Assembly (NCBI GenBank): GCA_965649215.1
Contig: CBFGJZ010000032.1
Span: 1 to 16,848 of the forward strand
DNA length: 16,848 nucleotides
Direction of reading: 5' to 3'
DNA from: a candidate division WOR-3 bacterium
GTDB taxonomy: Bacteria > Hydrothermota > Tepidihabitantia > Tepidihabitantales > CAIPLT01
Part shown: piece by piece, positions 16,152 through 16,848 of the stretch
How positions within the stretch are numbered: position 1 is the first letter of the stretch
How the letters are laid out: every line of letters begins with the position of its first letter
Position numbers and translations under genes: made by a program
Notes under the pieces: generated by a model
Database searches by the model: none
Seen by the model: the letters and a program-made list of their open reading frames with translations, nothing else
Told to the model about the DNA's origin: nothing

Positions 16152-16848
16152 ATGAGTAAGTTTATTGACTATGTCTTTTCCGAACAAAGTCCTTTGTCAA
16201 CGATAATTAACAATTTTGAACCTCGTAGTTGTCAACGGGAGATGGCGCAGGCAGTATATCAAACATTACAAAATAAAAAAAGTTTAATTGTTGAAGCGGG
16301 CACCGGTGTTGGTAAGACACTTGCTTATCTAATCCCAATTTTCTTATGGGTTAAGGAAAGTAAAAAGAAAGTTGTTGTGAGTACCTATACTAAAATATTA
16401 CAAAATCAGATTATTGATAAAGATATTCCAATTTTAAGAAAGATATTAAGTTTTTTCGATAATGGTGAGGATAATGAAAAAATCTTTGAAGATTTAAGTT
16501 TTGCGGTTGTTTTTGGACAAGAAAACTATATTTGTCGTCGTCGTTTAGAAAGTACAATGAGTTATGGTTTGTTTGATACACCTTATGAATTTTCTCAGTT
16601 AGAGACATTACAGACTTGGCTTAATGAAGGTGGCTCAGGAATTATTTTGGAATTTCCCAATTTACTGGGTAAAAGCCAAGATAAAATTTGTCGTGATGGT
16701 GATATTTGCAAATATCAAAAATGTTCTTATTATGAGGATTGTTATTATTTTAATGCTCGTAAACAGTGGCTGACCGCTGATTTATTGATAACTAATCATT
16801 TTCTTTTCTTTGCTAATGTTGCTGCTGATTATTTTATTCTACCCAAAT
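16152..16848 (+). CDS. DinG/YoaA-family Fe-S ATP-dependent DNA helicase, 5' part (runs off the right edge; absent from the ORF track)
   Basis: Manual translation MSKFIDYVFSEQSPLSTIINNFEPRSCQREMA (Q motif), LIVEAGTGVGKTLAYLIP (Walker A), VVVSTYTKILQNQIIDKDIP (motif Ia), ENYIC...DICKYQKC....DCYY (Fe-S cysteines), ADLLITNH. Open to the window end. Confidence 0.93.
   Translation, partial: MSKFIDYVFSEQSPLSTIINNFEPRSCQREMAQAVYQTLQNKKSLIVEAGTGVGKTLAYLIPIFLWVKESKKKVVVSTYTKILQNQIIDKDIPILRKILSFFDNGEDNEKIFEDLSFAVVFGQENYICRRRLESTMSYGLFDTPYEFSQLETLQTWLNEGGSGIILEFPNLLGKSQDKICRDGDICKYQKCSYYEDCYYFNARKQWLTADLLITNHFLFFANVAADYFILPK

Noticed and set aside
15826..16608. Minus-strand ORFs 15826-16059 and 16411-16608
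   Set aside because: Antisense to the Minf_1886-like gene and to the DinG helicase.
16152..16848. DinG as a type IV CRISPR (CasDinG) or defence-system component
   Set aside because: No cas genes, repeat-spacer array or mobile context in the window; it looks like a housekeeping Fe-S DinG/YoaA. The downstream region is not visible.

Overview
AT-rich bacterial chromosomal segment that looks like core/housekeeping DNA. The gene mix (secreted FG-GAP protein with a T9SS-type C-terminal domain, split methylmalonyl-CoA mutase, Minf_1886-like protein) suggests an anaerobic FCB-related lineage such as WOR-3; this is inference only. Left to right: the 5' end of an unknown minus-strand CDS; a five-tRNA operon (Pro-TGG, Arg-TCT, His-GTG, Arg-TCG, Lys-CTT; minus strand, no encoded CCA) with a sigma70 promoter; a CapA-family metallophosphatase; a stand-alone receiver protein; a 1326-aa soluble 7xPAS+GAF histidine kinase; ispF; a rhomboid protease; two secreted proteins (DUF4412-like and FG-GAP propeller); a methylmalonyl-CoA mutase large subunit / epimerase / methionine gamma-lyase cluster; a convergent acyl-CoA synthetase; a Minf_1886-like gene; and the 5' part of a DinG-family helicase that the ORF track missed. 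I see no CRISPR array, mobile element or defence system, and no convincing new multi-gene system. The most notable signals are three TTGAC-type promoters placed so that transcription starts at the start codon (probable leaderless mRNAs), a long hairpin filling the tRNA-Arg/His spacer, tRNA-Arg(UCG), an alternating PAS-repeat architecture, and the mutase-epimerase-MGL linkage.
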